Positions 46,991 through 56,220 of a DNA stretch of 64,000 nt are shown here, one piece after another. The position numbers and the translations under genes were made by a program. Source of the stretch: Coleofasciculus sp. B1-GNL1-01 (GTDB taxonomy: Bacteria; Cyanobacteriota; Cyanobacteriia; Cyanobacteriales; Coleofasciculaceae); the NCBI GenBank assembly GCA_040220235.1, contig JAVJTO010000118.1; one strand, given 5' to 3'. The notes below the pieces were generated by a model. That model worked only from the letters and a program-made list of their open reading frames with translations, had not been told where the DNA came from and made no database searches. Every line of letters starts with the position of its first letter. Within the stretch, counting starts at the first letter, position 1.

Positions 46991-48979
46991 TTATTTTACA
47001 GCAAGAAGAAAATAGGTAGTCATCTTGCCTTTACCCTTCACGTCAATCATACCTCGTTGCTCAAACTCAAATGTATCCTTTAATTTTTCGTAGATTGCCG
47101 CTGTTACTTGGATACGTCCGGGTATACTCTGTGACTCCATGCGGCTGGCAATGTTCACGGTATCTCCCCACAAATCATAACTGAATTTTTTTAAACCAAT
47201 TACGCCAGCAACCACAGGTCCGGTGTTGATGCCAATTCGCATATTAAACGCCTGTCCCGTTTGATCCCGAAACTGGGCGATCGCGGCTTGCATATCCAGT
47301 GCCATTCGGGCGATCGCGTGGGCATGGTTGAGGGGCGATCGCGGCAATCCCCCCACCACCATGTACGCATCCCCAATGGTTTTAATCTTCTCCAATTGAT
47401 GGTGTTCGCACAGTTCGTCGAAAATCGAAAAGATTTGATTGAGTAAGTTAAGCAGCGTAATCGGAGGCATTGAGGAAGAAAGTTGAGTAAACCCGACAAT
47501 ATCGGCAAAAAGAACCGAAACTTCAGCAAAATCCTCGGCGATGATCTGATGTTCATGTTTCAATCGCTCGGCAATCGGTTCAGGTAAAATATTCAGGAGT
47601 AACTGTTCAGATTTTTCCTGCTCTTGTCGCAATGCGGCTTCTGCCTGTTTACGCTTTATAAACTGTCCTAACTGATTACCAATTGTTACCATAACCTGCG
47701 TCAGTTCCGGATCTGGGGGTTGCACGTCATAGGAATAGAAGGTGATCACACCCAGAATTTGCTCATCGTCTTGAATTGGAAAGCCAAAAGCACTGTGTAA
47801 TTCAGCAATTGGCAAGATTGGGGATAGCGATTCTGAGGTGATATCGCTAATCCATTCAGGAGAACGACTCGTCCAAATTTGACCCAGTAATCCCCCCGTA
47901 GGGGATGCGATTAATGGCTGAGTTATCGACATCGATTCTGGAATCGCACGGCTAACCCAAGTGTGTTCGCACCGCAACTGAGGTGTTATCCTATCTATCT
48001 CGCGATCGCCTATCACTTCTGAACTCCCGCCTATCACTTCTGAAACCCAAAGTTCACCCAAATCCCACGCCAACGTTTCACCAATTACAGGCAAAATTTT
48101 GGGCATAGCCTCATCGATTGTGCCTGAATTCGAGAGAATGTGGGTAATGGCATGTTGAGTTGCTATCCGCTTTTGTGTGCGCTGACGTTCAGTAATATCT
48201 CGACCAATATAAATAAAATGGGGGCTACCTTCTGTTTCCATTTGAATCGCTGAACAGGAGAAGGATACCATTATTTTATCTCCCGTTTTTTTCTGACAGA
48301 CAACCTCCCAATTATTGATTGATTTTTGCTCAACACAAAGCTGCTGTTGATGTTCGGTGAGTAAGTCGTCAGCTATAGACAAAATTAAGCGAATAGAGTT
48401 GCCAACTAACTCAGATTTGTCATAGCCAAATAAATTTTGTGCCGAACGATTAACTGTTTTAATGGTTCCAGAAGGCTTCGTCACCAATAGTGCATCTGCC
48501 ATAGCTGTAATAATTTGATCAATATACGCTTTCGATGCCGATAAGCGACTCAATAATAAGTTGGTTTCATTAGTGGCTTGAACTAAGGTTTGTTCTAAAA
48601 CCATCCGTTCCGTGACATCTTCCAATAAAATAATTAATTGATTGTGGTTATCAGGGCTAGACGGGTCAAAAGCCAACGGATGTTTAATCACATACAAATC
48701 CATATACAGCGATTCGCCTGTCGCTGAACACCGGGTAATTCCTTTTAATTCAAAAGTATCCTGTCGTTCGTCCAGAATATCGACTAAAATGGCTTCTAAC
48801 CCGATAAGTTCCGGAAATCCTAGACAGATATTTTGTCCTTGGCTAACCTGATCCGGGTCTTCGGCAAACCGCTTGACTCCCAGAGAAGTCTCCATAATTT
48901 GACCGTCTTTATCTATTAATAAATATTCCCTGTGGCGTGGTGCGAACAGGGATAGAAGTTTATTTAAACGGATACTCAT
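46991..48979 (-). CDS. PAS-GAF class III adenylate cyclase
   Basis: FADIVGFT, EKIKTIGDAYM, YDLWGDTVNIASRMES (Lys/Asp ATP-specificity residues, Asn/Arg transition-state residues). Confidence 0.93.
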   Translation of the reverse strand: MSIRLNKLLSLFAPRHREYLLIDKDGQIMETSLGVKRFAEDPDQVSQGQNICLGFPELIGLEAILVDILDERQDTFELKGITRCSATGESLYMDLYVIKHPLAFDPSSPDNHNQLIILLEDVTERMVLEQTLVQATNETNLLLSRLSASKAYIDQIITAMADALLVTKPSGTIKTVNRSAQNLFGYDKSELVGNSIRLILSIADDLLTEHQQQLCVEQKSINNWEVVCQKKTGDKIMVSFSCSAIQMETEGSPHFIYIGRDITERQRTQKRIATQHAITHILSNSGTIDEAMPKILPVIGETLAWDLGELWVSEVIGGSSEVIGDREIDRITPQLRCEHTWVSRAIPESMSITQPLIASPTGGLLGQIWTSRSPEWISDITSESLSPILPIAELHSAFGFPIQDDEQILGVITFYSYDVQPPDPELTQVMVTIGNQLGQFIKRKQAEAALRQEQEKSEQLLLNILPEPIAERLKHEHQIIAEDFAEVSVLFADIVGFTQLSSSMPPITLLNLLNQIFSIFDELCEHHQLEKIKTIGDAYMVVGGLPRSPLNHAHAIARMALDMQAAIAQFRDQTGQAFNMRIGINTGPVVAGVIGLKKFSYDLWGDTVNIASRMESQSIPGRIQVTAAIYEKLKDTFEFEQRGMIDVKGKGKMTTYFLLAVK

Positions 48980-49170
48980 ATCAGCTTATTTTGGTGCTGT
49001 AAGCTGAATCGACGTCTTCGGTGCAGATTCCTATAGCAGAAGACAGGAGGCAAAGGACAGAAGGGTTTTTTACGTCGTTTCAGCGATTTAATCTGTCCTG
49101 TAAAGCCTATAGTAATGTATTTCATTGTTATACATTTGGCGATTTAGTAATACAGCCGATGAAATCTTGT

Positions 49171-49701
49171 TCATTCAACCATTCGCTGCGCCAGTATAAA
49201 AAAAATATCATCAACATGTTTCCCTGTTTTAGCTGATGTGGGATAGATAGCAGCGATTTTGTCCGGATAATTCAATTGGCACTTGTCTAGCAAATCTTGC
49301 TGTTGTTTTTCCGAAAGAAGATCGGCTTTATTTAACGCAACGATACCGAATCCTTTGGGATTGACGGATAAAAACGCCTGTAAGTGATCTAAAATATGAT
49401 CGATTGTGACTTTCCGACTGACATCAGCTACGATTACCGCACTGGTTGCGCCTTGTAGGTACATCGGCGTCACCGTTTTAAATTTAGTATTTCCCTCCAA
49501 ATCCCAGATTAGCATTTGTACCTGGAGCGTCTTTTTTGGCGTCTTGGCTTGCACTTCAACCGTTTTTCGGGAAATCTTTACCCCCACAGTGGACAAATAC
49601 TTATCACTAAACTGTCGTTCTACAAAGCGACGAATTAAGCTGGTTTTACCAACACTAAAATCACCCAGCATACATATTTTTTTAGAGATCAGAGAAGTCA
49701 T
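49171..49701 (-). CDS. Stand-alone Ras/Rab-like small GTPase
   Basis: G1 GDFSVGKT, G2 STVG, G3 WDLEG, G4 NKAD, G5 SAK. Confidence 0.92.
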   Translation of the reverse strand: MTSLISKKICMLGDFSVGKTSLIRRFVERQFSDKYLSTVGVKISRKTVEVQAKTPKKTLQVQMLIWDLEGNTKFKTVTPMYLQGATSAVIVADVSRKVTIDHILDHLQAFLSVNPKGFGIVALNKADLLSEKQQQDLLDKCQLNYPDKIAAIYPTSAKTGKHVDDIFFILAQRMVE

Positions 49702-49924
49702 CCTTGTTGTGTAACTCCAATTGATAGGGAATAGAGTATAGTATATTTAGAGTTAAGCGATATAAAATAGTTCTAAAATTATTGGTTATTTGTGTTTCTT
49801 ATCACTGACGAATGACCAATGATGGGCGATTAATTACCCAGATATGATCTCCAAAGAAGGGCAATTGAGTTAAGTAAAACCCGCCCTTACAACAATGTAA
49901 AGACGCGCCATGGCGCGTCTCTAC

Positions 49925-50659
49925 TTAAATGCTGCCATAAACGGGAACAGCCGCACCGCTTACATCCTGCGCGGCGTCTGAGGCTAAGAAACAAATCACC
50001 TGGGCGATAGATTGGGGTTTCACCCACTGATTAGCATTTTCTTCCCCCATCGCTTGACGATTAGTTGGTGTGTCAATCACACTAGGGAGTACACTATTGG
50101 CGGTGATATTTGTGCCTTTGGTTTCATCCGCGATCGCTTGAGTCAGGGCGACAACGCCAGCTTTTGCTGCACAGTAGGCGGCTAACTGTCCCCCCGGTTG
50201 CACAGCCCCCCGCGATCCCACGGTAATAATGCGCCCATAATTCTGGGGCAGCATTTTCGCCAAACTGTGCTTGCACACCAAAAAGGTGGTATTTAAGTTC
50301 AGGTTAAAATCGTTTTTCCAAGCTTCATAACTGTATTCGTGGGTTTTTCCCATGGAAAAGCCACCCACTAAATGGATCAGCACATCCACCCCTTCCATAT
50401 CGTCGATCATCTTGCTGACATTCGCCTCATCAGTAAGATCGGTAGGGACAAAGCTAATCCGGGCAAAATCCGCCGGGGATAGGATTTGTTTCAGGCGTTC
50501 TACATCTTGAGGATTGCGATAAGGAATGGTTACCGTTTTGGGTGTAGAGGCTAATACGGCTGGAGTCACCCCTATTCCTAGTCCGCCAGTACCGCCAGTG
50601 AGTAAAACGTGTTTGCCTTTCATTAAGTTGAACGGGTGGGTATCTTCATTTTCCACCAT
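49925..50659 (-). CDS. Short-chain dehydrogenase/reductase (FabG-like)
   Basis: TGGTGGLG and YCAAK. Start may be at MKGKH. Confidence 0.9.
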   Translation of the reverse strand: MVENEDTHPFNLMKGKHVLLTGGTGGLGIGVTPAVLASTPKTVTIPYRNPQDVERLKQILSPADFARISFVPTDLTDEANVSKMIDDMEGVDVLIHLVGGFSMGKTHEYSYEAWKNDFNLNLNTTFLVCKHSLAKMLPQNYGRIITVGSRGAVQPGGQLAAYCAAKAGVVALTQAIADETKGTNITANSVLPSVIDTPTNRQAMGEENANQWVKPQSIAQVICFLASDAAQDVSGAAVPVYGSI

Positions 50660-50793
50660 ATCGTGATTTGAGCAGCAATTAAGCTGCCCTTACTCTATTC
50701 AAGCACGAATTGGCTTCACCTGATCGGGTGGATGTCTAGGATAGGCGGCGCAAATAATAAGGGTTTGGTAACCAAACCCCTGCGAGTCCACTT

Positions 50794-51117
50794 CTAAGAC
50801 TGTTGTTCCAGTTCCGATTTCATCCGCTCTAACGTCATTTGCATTTGATCAAACATTTGCTGAGGCGTGATGCCAAACTGACCAAGTTGTGTATTAAGCT
50901 GCTCAACTGTCATCTGAGCCATAAAATCCTCGGATAACTCGAAGCGCTTCATAAAAATTCGATAGCGCTCCATCATCGCTTCCATCTGATCAATGAAAAT
51001 TTTCTTCCCTTCTCGGTCAAATTTACCGTAGCTGCCTCCCAATTGGACAAGGGACTGATAATCTTCAAACAGTTGTTTAGCTTCTTGTTGGACTATATCT
51101 GAATCAAAAAACCCCAT
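50794..51117 (-). CDS. Conserved cyanobacterial protein (DUF1825-like)
   Basis: MGFFDSDIVQQEAK...YGKFDREGK...FMKRFELSEDF. Confidence 0.8.
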   Translation of the reverse strand: MGFFDSDIVQQEAKQLFEDYQSLVQLGGSYGKFDREGKKIFIDQMEAMMERYRIFMKRFELSEDFMAQMTVEQLNTQLGQFGITPQQMFDQMQMTLERMKSELEQQS

Positions 51118-51379
51118 AGCTCTTACCCGATCAACCGAGTGGGTTGTACTGCCGTTTCCAGTCATATTCTAGTGCAGTGTTGCACTTAGAGGAAACTTCG
51201 GTTATCCGTATTGGCGATACAAGGGAGTAGAGGTGTGGGGGTGCAGGGTGCAGGGAGGAGAGGAAATTAAATTAGAGATTCCTGCCAGTAGTATTGAGCA
51301 GCATCTCTCTATCATAAAAGTATGGCGTTCCTCTTTCTTGATTGATAACGGTGTCCTTTCGTCTGGTGTTAGAACCACT

Positions 51380-51775
51380 ATGTTAAGCAAGCCGAAAAGT
51401 CGAAAAGTCGCTTCCTTACTGGCGTTTAGTGGGGTAGTGATACCTGTTTCTGGACTGCACAAGTTTTATCTGGGGCAACCTTGGTGGGGAGTTTTGTATT
51501 TGTTGCTGTCCTGGACACCAATTCCCAGAGTGGCGAGTGCCATTGAAGGGGTATGGTATTTGTTGCAAAATTCGGAGCAATTCGACCAAAATTTTAATGG
51601 CGATTTGATCCCAACTGGGACATCAGCGCCAAGTCAAATCCCAGAGGTTGATCCGGCGCAAGTGGGTGCGATCGCGGATGCACTGCGACAACTGGACAAG
51701 CTGCGTCAGGAGGGATTGATGTCAGAATATGAGTTTGAGCAAAAGCGTCGCCAATTACTCGATCGTATCGCCTGA
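51380..51775 (+). CDS. TM2/NINE domain protein with SHOCT C-terminus
   Basis: GLHKFYLGQPWWG; LDKLRQEGLMSEYEFEQKRRQLL. Confidence 0.85.
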   Translation: MLSKPKSRKVASLLAFSGVVIPVSGLHKFYLGQPWWGVLYLLLSWTPIPRVASAIEGVWYLLQNSEQFDQNFNGDLIPTGTSAPSQIPEVDPAQVGAIADALRQLDKLRQEGLMSEYEFEQKRRQLLDRIA

Positions 51776-51782
51776 AAAGAAG

Positions 51783-52331
51783 ATGGCATTGTTTGACTGG
51801 CTGTTATCGACAGAACGATTAAACCCAACCTGGCGCTCAATCCAAGCCCGGATTCAGAGCGATCCTTACTATCGGCTGCAATCGGCACAAGACATTGAGG
51901 TGGCGGTAGCATTAGGGATGAGAATTGATGTCAATCAAGCGACGGTGGATGACTGGCTAAGATTACCAGGGATATCTATTCATCAAGCGCGATCGCTGGT
52001 TGAATTGGCAAATAGTGGGGTACAGTTTTGCTGTTTGGAGGATATTGCGGCGGCGTTAAGTATCCCTGTGGCGCGGTTACAGCCGTTACAACCAATTCTC
52101 AGCTTTTGTTACTATGACGCCGAAAGTCCAGCAACACCCATGTCGATTCCGGCGAATACAGCATCCGTGGAACAACTGAGCCGAATTCCTGGGGTTGACT
52201 TGTTTGTAGCCAGAGCGATCGCCCAAAATCGGCAAGAGATGGGTAACTATCGTAATTTAGCCGACTTACAGCGACGCCTTGCCCTTCCCCCAGACCTGAT
52301 ATCTGAGATAATGTACTATCTGCGGTTTTGA
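51783..52331 (+). CDS. Helix-hairpin-helix (ComEA-like) DNA-binding protein
   Basis: IDVNQAT...LPGIS; ANTASVEQLSRIPGV. Confidence 0.8.
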   Translation: MALFDWLLSTERLNPTWRSIQARIQSDPYYRLQSAQDIEVAVALGMRIDVNQATVDDWLRLPGISIHQARSLVELANSGVQFCCLEDIAAALSIPVARLQPLQPILSFCYYDAESPATPMSIPANTASVEQLSRIPGVDLFVARAIAQNRQEMGNYRNLADLQRRLALPPDLISEIMYYLRF

Positions 52332-52342
52332 GTAAAAAGCAA

Positions 52343-52609
52343 ATGCCCTGGTTCGTCAAGATAGAAGAAGGCATCGTCGATAAACCTACGTTTGACCAAT
52401 ATGTTCCGGCTCATAAAGCCTACGTCCAAGACTTGATTGCCAAAGGACACCAAGCCAAAACAGGTTACTGGGCTGAGCGAGGGGGTGGAATGCTCCTGTT
52501 TGAGGCGAATTCAAAACAAGAGGCACAGGCGATCGTTGAGCGAGATCCGTTGGTGGCAAATCACTGTGTCAAATACCAGCTTCACGAATGGCGGATTATT
52601 GCCGAATGA
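52343..52609 (+). CDS. YciI family protein
   Basis: VPAHKAY, GGGMLLF, DPLV. Confidence 0.85.
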   Translation: MPWFVKIEEGIVDKPTFDQYVPAHKAYVQDLIAKGHQAKTGYWAERGGGMLLFEANSKQEAQAIVERDPLVANHCVKYQLHEWRIIAE

Positions 52610-52647
52610 AAAAATATCTCCGTGAACTGATCAATGGGGTACAAAGC

Positions 52648-52656
52648 TGTTATACT
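52648..52656 (+). promoter_or_regulatory. Extended -10 promoter of the SRP RNA
   Basis: TGT-TATACT about 7 nt before the RNA 5' end. Confidence 0.6.
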
Positions 52657-52663
52657 GATAACT

Positions 52664-52757
52664 GACTCGGATTCATGCAATCCCAACGCTCAAACCTTGT
52701 CAGAACCGGAAGGTAGCAGCAATACGAGATGCTTGGGATAGGCGTGAACTCCGGGTC
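52664..52757 (+). ncRNA. ffs: Signal recognition particle RNA (4.5S)
   Basis: Conserved domain IV loop TCAG(A)ACCGGAAGGTAGCAGC; terminal pairing GACTCGGA/TCCGGGTC. Confidence 0.93.
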
Positions 52758-52965
52758 TTCTCGTATATATATCCCTACAGTGACGCATTATTTTTCATTC
52801 ATTATTTTTCCTCAGTACTCTTTTCCCTATCTTCCTCATCTCCCCCATCCCTTGCCGTATTCCGTTGAATCCTGACAGCTAGGTAAAAACAAGGCAGAGA
52901 GCGAACTCGCTATACTGCCAAATGATACCCTTATTTATTGGTTTAAGTTTCCTGGAGGCAGATCT

Positions 52966-53610
52966 ATGACATCCTATGCAACCTCTTCTGCCAAAGCCGA
53001 GATGAGTGAACTTCGGCGTCTGAAAACCTTACTCCCCCCAGAATTGCAAAGCTGGGTCATGGTGGAAGGAACGACTGAGGTCAATCCCCCATTGTTACGC
53101 ACCGAAGAAATTGGTAGCGATGAGGTGGAGGTGCAAATTGACTTAGTGAAATGGGAGCAGTTTGCCCTTGACCAACGTAATCTCCTATTTTGGCACGAAG
53201 TTGCCCGGATTCAGAATGACACGATCCCCAAAGAAGGATGGGAAATGGCAGCCCTAGCCATTGGTTTGGGAGGGGCTGTTGGGGAACTTTGGGTACAAGA
53301 TGGATTGCTACTGCTGTTGGCACTTGCCCTCTGTGGTGTTTCTGGATGGAGACTCTATCAGAAAAACAACGGCGAGAAAACTCTCAAGGCAGAAATTGAG
53401 GCAGACGAAAAAGCGATCGCTCTGGCTACTCGCTTTGGTTACACTCTCCCTAACGCCTACAAGAGCCTAGGCAGTGCCTTAAAAACATTAGTTGAAGTTA
53501 CACCCGGTCGCCGTCAACGTCGCCGCTACGAAGCCCGCCTAGCTGCATTGAAAAAAAGTGCGGCTAAAGCCAAAGCCGAAGCGAAAAGCAAACGGGAATC
53601 CAGAGCGTGA
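52966..53610 (+). CDS. Conserved cyanobacterial membrane protein (DUF3318-like)
   Basis: ELRRLKTLLPPELQSWV, LLFWHEVARIQND, two TM segments; GGAGG RBS. Confidence 0.8.
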   Translation: MTSYATSSAKAEMSELRRLKTLLPPELQSWVMVEGTTEVNPPLLRTEEIGSDEVEVQIDLVKWEQFALDQRNLLFWHEVARIQNDTIPKEGWEMAALAIGLGGAVGELWVQDGLLLLLALALCGVSGWRLYQKNNGEKTLKAEIEADEKAIALATRFGYTLPNAYKSLGSALKTLVEVTPGRRQRRRYEARLAALKKSAAKAKAEAKSKRESRA

Positions 53611-53664
53611 ATTACCCAGCGCTGATCCTTTTGGGTACAGCGTGGGGCTTCTCGCCGAATCATG

Positions 53665-54447
53665 CTAAAGCTGACCGATCATCTTATGGGTTTGGGGGAT
53701 GACGCGCACTGATTTGAGATGGCGCTTCATCAACGCTTGCCATTCTAAAACTTGAGTCGGCGTTGGCGGAGTCATTGGCGAATGATCAGATTTCGCTAGG
53801 GGCGTTACCGGTTGTAAAAACACGGGAATACTGGGGTTACACGCTGCAATTAATTCGGCGGCTAACTCCAGTTCGGCGGTGTTCGTGGTTTTGGAAATAA
53901 TCAGCTTGACAAAAATCTCAACATCTGCATCGCCACAAACCTGGAGAAACTGACGATGAGCGTGCCAACAGTCTTCCCCACTTACACTCGGCAACTTCAT
54001 ATCCATACCGATACTATTTAAATAGGGTAGAATCTGGTCTAGTTGCTCCGGACGATGCCCACCGGTTTCCAAATAGATGGGTAACCCGGTTCGATGTCGT
54101 ACTACGGGCAAGAACTCTCTTAAAAAGGGAGCCTGCAACAGGGGTTCACCCCCCGTTATGCTAATGCTTTCATGGAGTCCTGGATAATTTTGCCGCTCAA
54201 CCCATGCCAGTAACTGATCAACGGTTACGGGATTAGGATGAGCTTCAAAGTCCCGATTTCCGGGGGTTTGTTCCACAGCAGCTAAATCTGGAACTGTCCA
54301 GGTATTCTGACTATCGCAAAAATGGCAGCGCAAATCACACAGAGCCAAACGGATGAATAATTGACGGATACCAACATTGAGTCCTTCCCCTTGAATGGCA
54401 GAGAACAGTTCAATGAGCCGTGCGGTGCGTCCAGTCTTAGCTGACAT
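53665..54447 (-). CDS. queE: 7-carboxy-7-deazaguanine synthase (radical SAM)
   Basis: ELFSAIQGEG, CDLRCHFCD, ITGGEP, VIPQTHK. Confidence 0.9.
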   Translation of the reverse strand: MSAKTGRTARLIELFSAIQGEGLNVGIRQLFIRLALCDLRCHFCDSQNTWTVPDLAAVEQTPGNRDFEAHPNPVTVDQLLAWVERQNYPGLHESISITGGEPLLQAPFLREFLPVVRHRTGLPIYLETGGHRPEQLDQILPYLNSIGMDMKLPSVSGEDCWHAHRQFLQVCGDADVEIFVKLIISKTTNTAELELAAELIAACNPSIPVFLQPVTPLAKSDHSPMTPPTPTQVLEWQALMKRHLKSVRVIPQTHKMIGQL

Positions 54448-54554
54448 TTTTTTACATTGAATCAGTAAATTCCAGTGAGTTTTCGGTTAAGTTAGCAATT
54501 GTACGACACAATATTGGTCAGAAACACAGGTGCATACCAACAATACAGGTCGTT

Positions 54555-55526
54555 ATGGGTGACTCAATGTCAGAAGCGGATTTTAAAGTAATACTATTGC
54601 ACGAAACTCCCGTCATGCAACTTCCGGCTCGCCTGAGTGTGCTTGAAGCTGTGGCTTTCAAAGAAACCTTCCAGCAAGTTCTGCACAACCACCCCCTACC
54701 GCCAAAAATTCTTTTAGACTTTCGTCAAACAACTTTTATCGATAGCTGTGGGATTGGGGCATTGGTCAACAATTACAAAAATGCGACCAGTAAAGAGGTT
54801 GAACTGGTACTCACCAATGTTAGCACTCCGGTCATGGCAGTTTTGAAAATGACGGGACTCGATCAAATTCTCACCGTGGAACTCCTGTCTGAATCAAGTC
54901 AGCTCCCAGCATTACCACCCACTCACCCCTCTACCCGCTCTGGGATCAAACGCGGACTCGATATTATCGGCGCAATTGTTGGCTTAGGAATTACAGCACT
55001 GCTGTTTATTCCCATTGCTATTGCCATCAAACTTGATTCGCCAGGTCCCATCTTCTTCAATCAAATCCGTAAGGGATGGATGGGCAAAGAGTTTCGGATT
55101 TGGAAGTTCCGCTCTATGTATGTCGGTAGTCAGGATATTAGTAAGGGTAAGATTAGAGTTAAACTGTTGGATGAAAATGCCCCAGATCCCCGAGTAACGC
55201 GAGTGGGTCGGTTTTTACGGAAGACTAGCCTTGATGAACTGCCTCAATTTATCAATGTCCTGAAAGGGGAAATGAGTTTGGTGGGAACTCGACCCCCAAC
55301 ACCGGATGAAGTAGATTACTACGATGTCCCCGAATGGCAGCGTTTAGATGTCAAACCGGGTATGACAGGGGAGTGGCAGGTCAATGGGCGAAATCAAATC
55401 CACGAGTTTAAGGATATCATTGACCTAGATTTACGCTATCAGCATCACTGGAGCTTGATGTATGATGTCAAATTAATTATTAAAACAATTTTAGTGGTTT
55501 TTTCTAAAAATAGTGGCGCGGCTTAA
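54555..55526 (+). CDS. STAS (anti-anti-sigma) domain fused to a bacterial sugar (phosphoglycosyl) transferase
   Basis: LDFRQTTFIDSCGIGAL (STAS); KRGLDI, KFRSM, DPRVTRVGRFLRKTSLDELPQF, VKPGMTG. Confidence 0.9.
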   Translation: MGDSMSEADFKVILLHETPVMQLPARLSVLEAVAFKETFQQVLHNHPLPPKILLDFRQTTFIDSCGIGALVNNYKNATSKEVELVLTNVSTPVMAVLKMTGLDQILTVELLSESSQLPALPPTHPSTRSGIKRGLDIIGAIVGLGITALLFIPIAIAIKLDSPGPIFFNQIRKGWMGKEFRIWKFRSMYVGSQDISKGKIRVKLLDENAPDPRVTRVGRFLRKTSLDELPQFINVLKGEMSLVGTRPPTPDEVDYYDVPEWQRLDVKPGMTGEWQVNGRNQIHEFKDIIDLDLRYQHHWSLMYDVKLIIKTILVVFSKNSGAA

Positions 55527-55549
55527 AAAAATATGGGACTAGCTTTCGA

Positions 55550-55999
55550 TTGATGCACCCTGACAAACCCATTAAACAATCGCATCTCAAGGTAGCCACA
55601 GACATCAATGCTGTTGCTGAAATTTTCGCCTGGTTTGATCGGTTAGCTTTGCGCCAATTTCCTGACCAATTTTGCAGGGATTGTAAAGTGGCACTAGACG
55701 AAGCCTTTGCCAACGTGGTTCACCACGCTCATCGCCACTTGCCTCAAACCACACCGGTTGAGCTAGAGCTGAAGATATTTGCTGACCGCTTAGAAATGCG
55801 GATTTGGGATTATGGACAACCGTTCGATTTGCAGGCTAAGTTGGACGCTTTACACCAAAAAGGCTGTAACCTTCTAGAGGAAACAGGCAGAGGATTAATT
55901 TTGATGGAGCAATTCACGGATGAACTATTTTATCAACGCTTATCTGATCAGCGCAATTGTTTATTTATGGGAAAACGACTCGTACCAGTGAGCCATTGA
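55550..55999 (+). CDS. Anti-sigma factor / Ser kinase (RsbW-like, HATPase_c_2)
   Basis: EAFANVVHHA, WDYGQPFD, GRGLILM. Confidence 0.88.
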   Translation: MMHPDKPIKQSHLKVATDINAVAEIFAWFDRLALRQFPDQFCRDCKVALDEAFANVVHHAHRHLPQTTPVELELKIFADRLEMRIWDYGQPFDLQAKLDALHQKGCNLLEETGRGLILMEQFTDELFYQRLSDQRNCLFMGKRLVPVSH

Positions 56000-56220
56000 A
56001 TTTATCCAGCCTCTAGGCTGATTGCACTTACTCTTACGATGCGGCATTCTGATAAAGGCAACTACAATAGGTAGATTCTACAATAATGGTGTTTCCTTAG
56101 CAATTGAGCCGTGCAATGTCCTTGAACATAAGCCTAGATATGCTGATTGATAGGCACTCGGCTAGTTTGGCGAAAAAATTAGCCCCAACTGGGTAAGTCC
56201 CACTTGCTTTCCTAAAATTT

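Noticed and set aside
51233..51379. N-terminal extensions of the TM2 ORF (and likewise the DUF1825, HhH, SLH and pepP ORFs)
   Set aside because: Family similarity begins at downstream ATGs; the extensions arise from alternative start codons in the ORF track.
53665..54447. 7-deazaguanine DNA modification (dpd) defence island
   Set aside because: queE is alone, with no dpdA/tgt-like or other que genes nearby; housekeeping queuosine synthesis is more likely.
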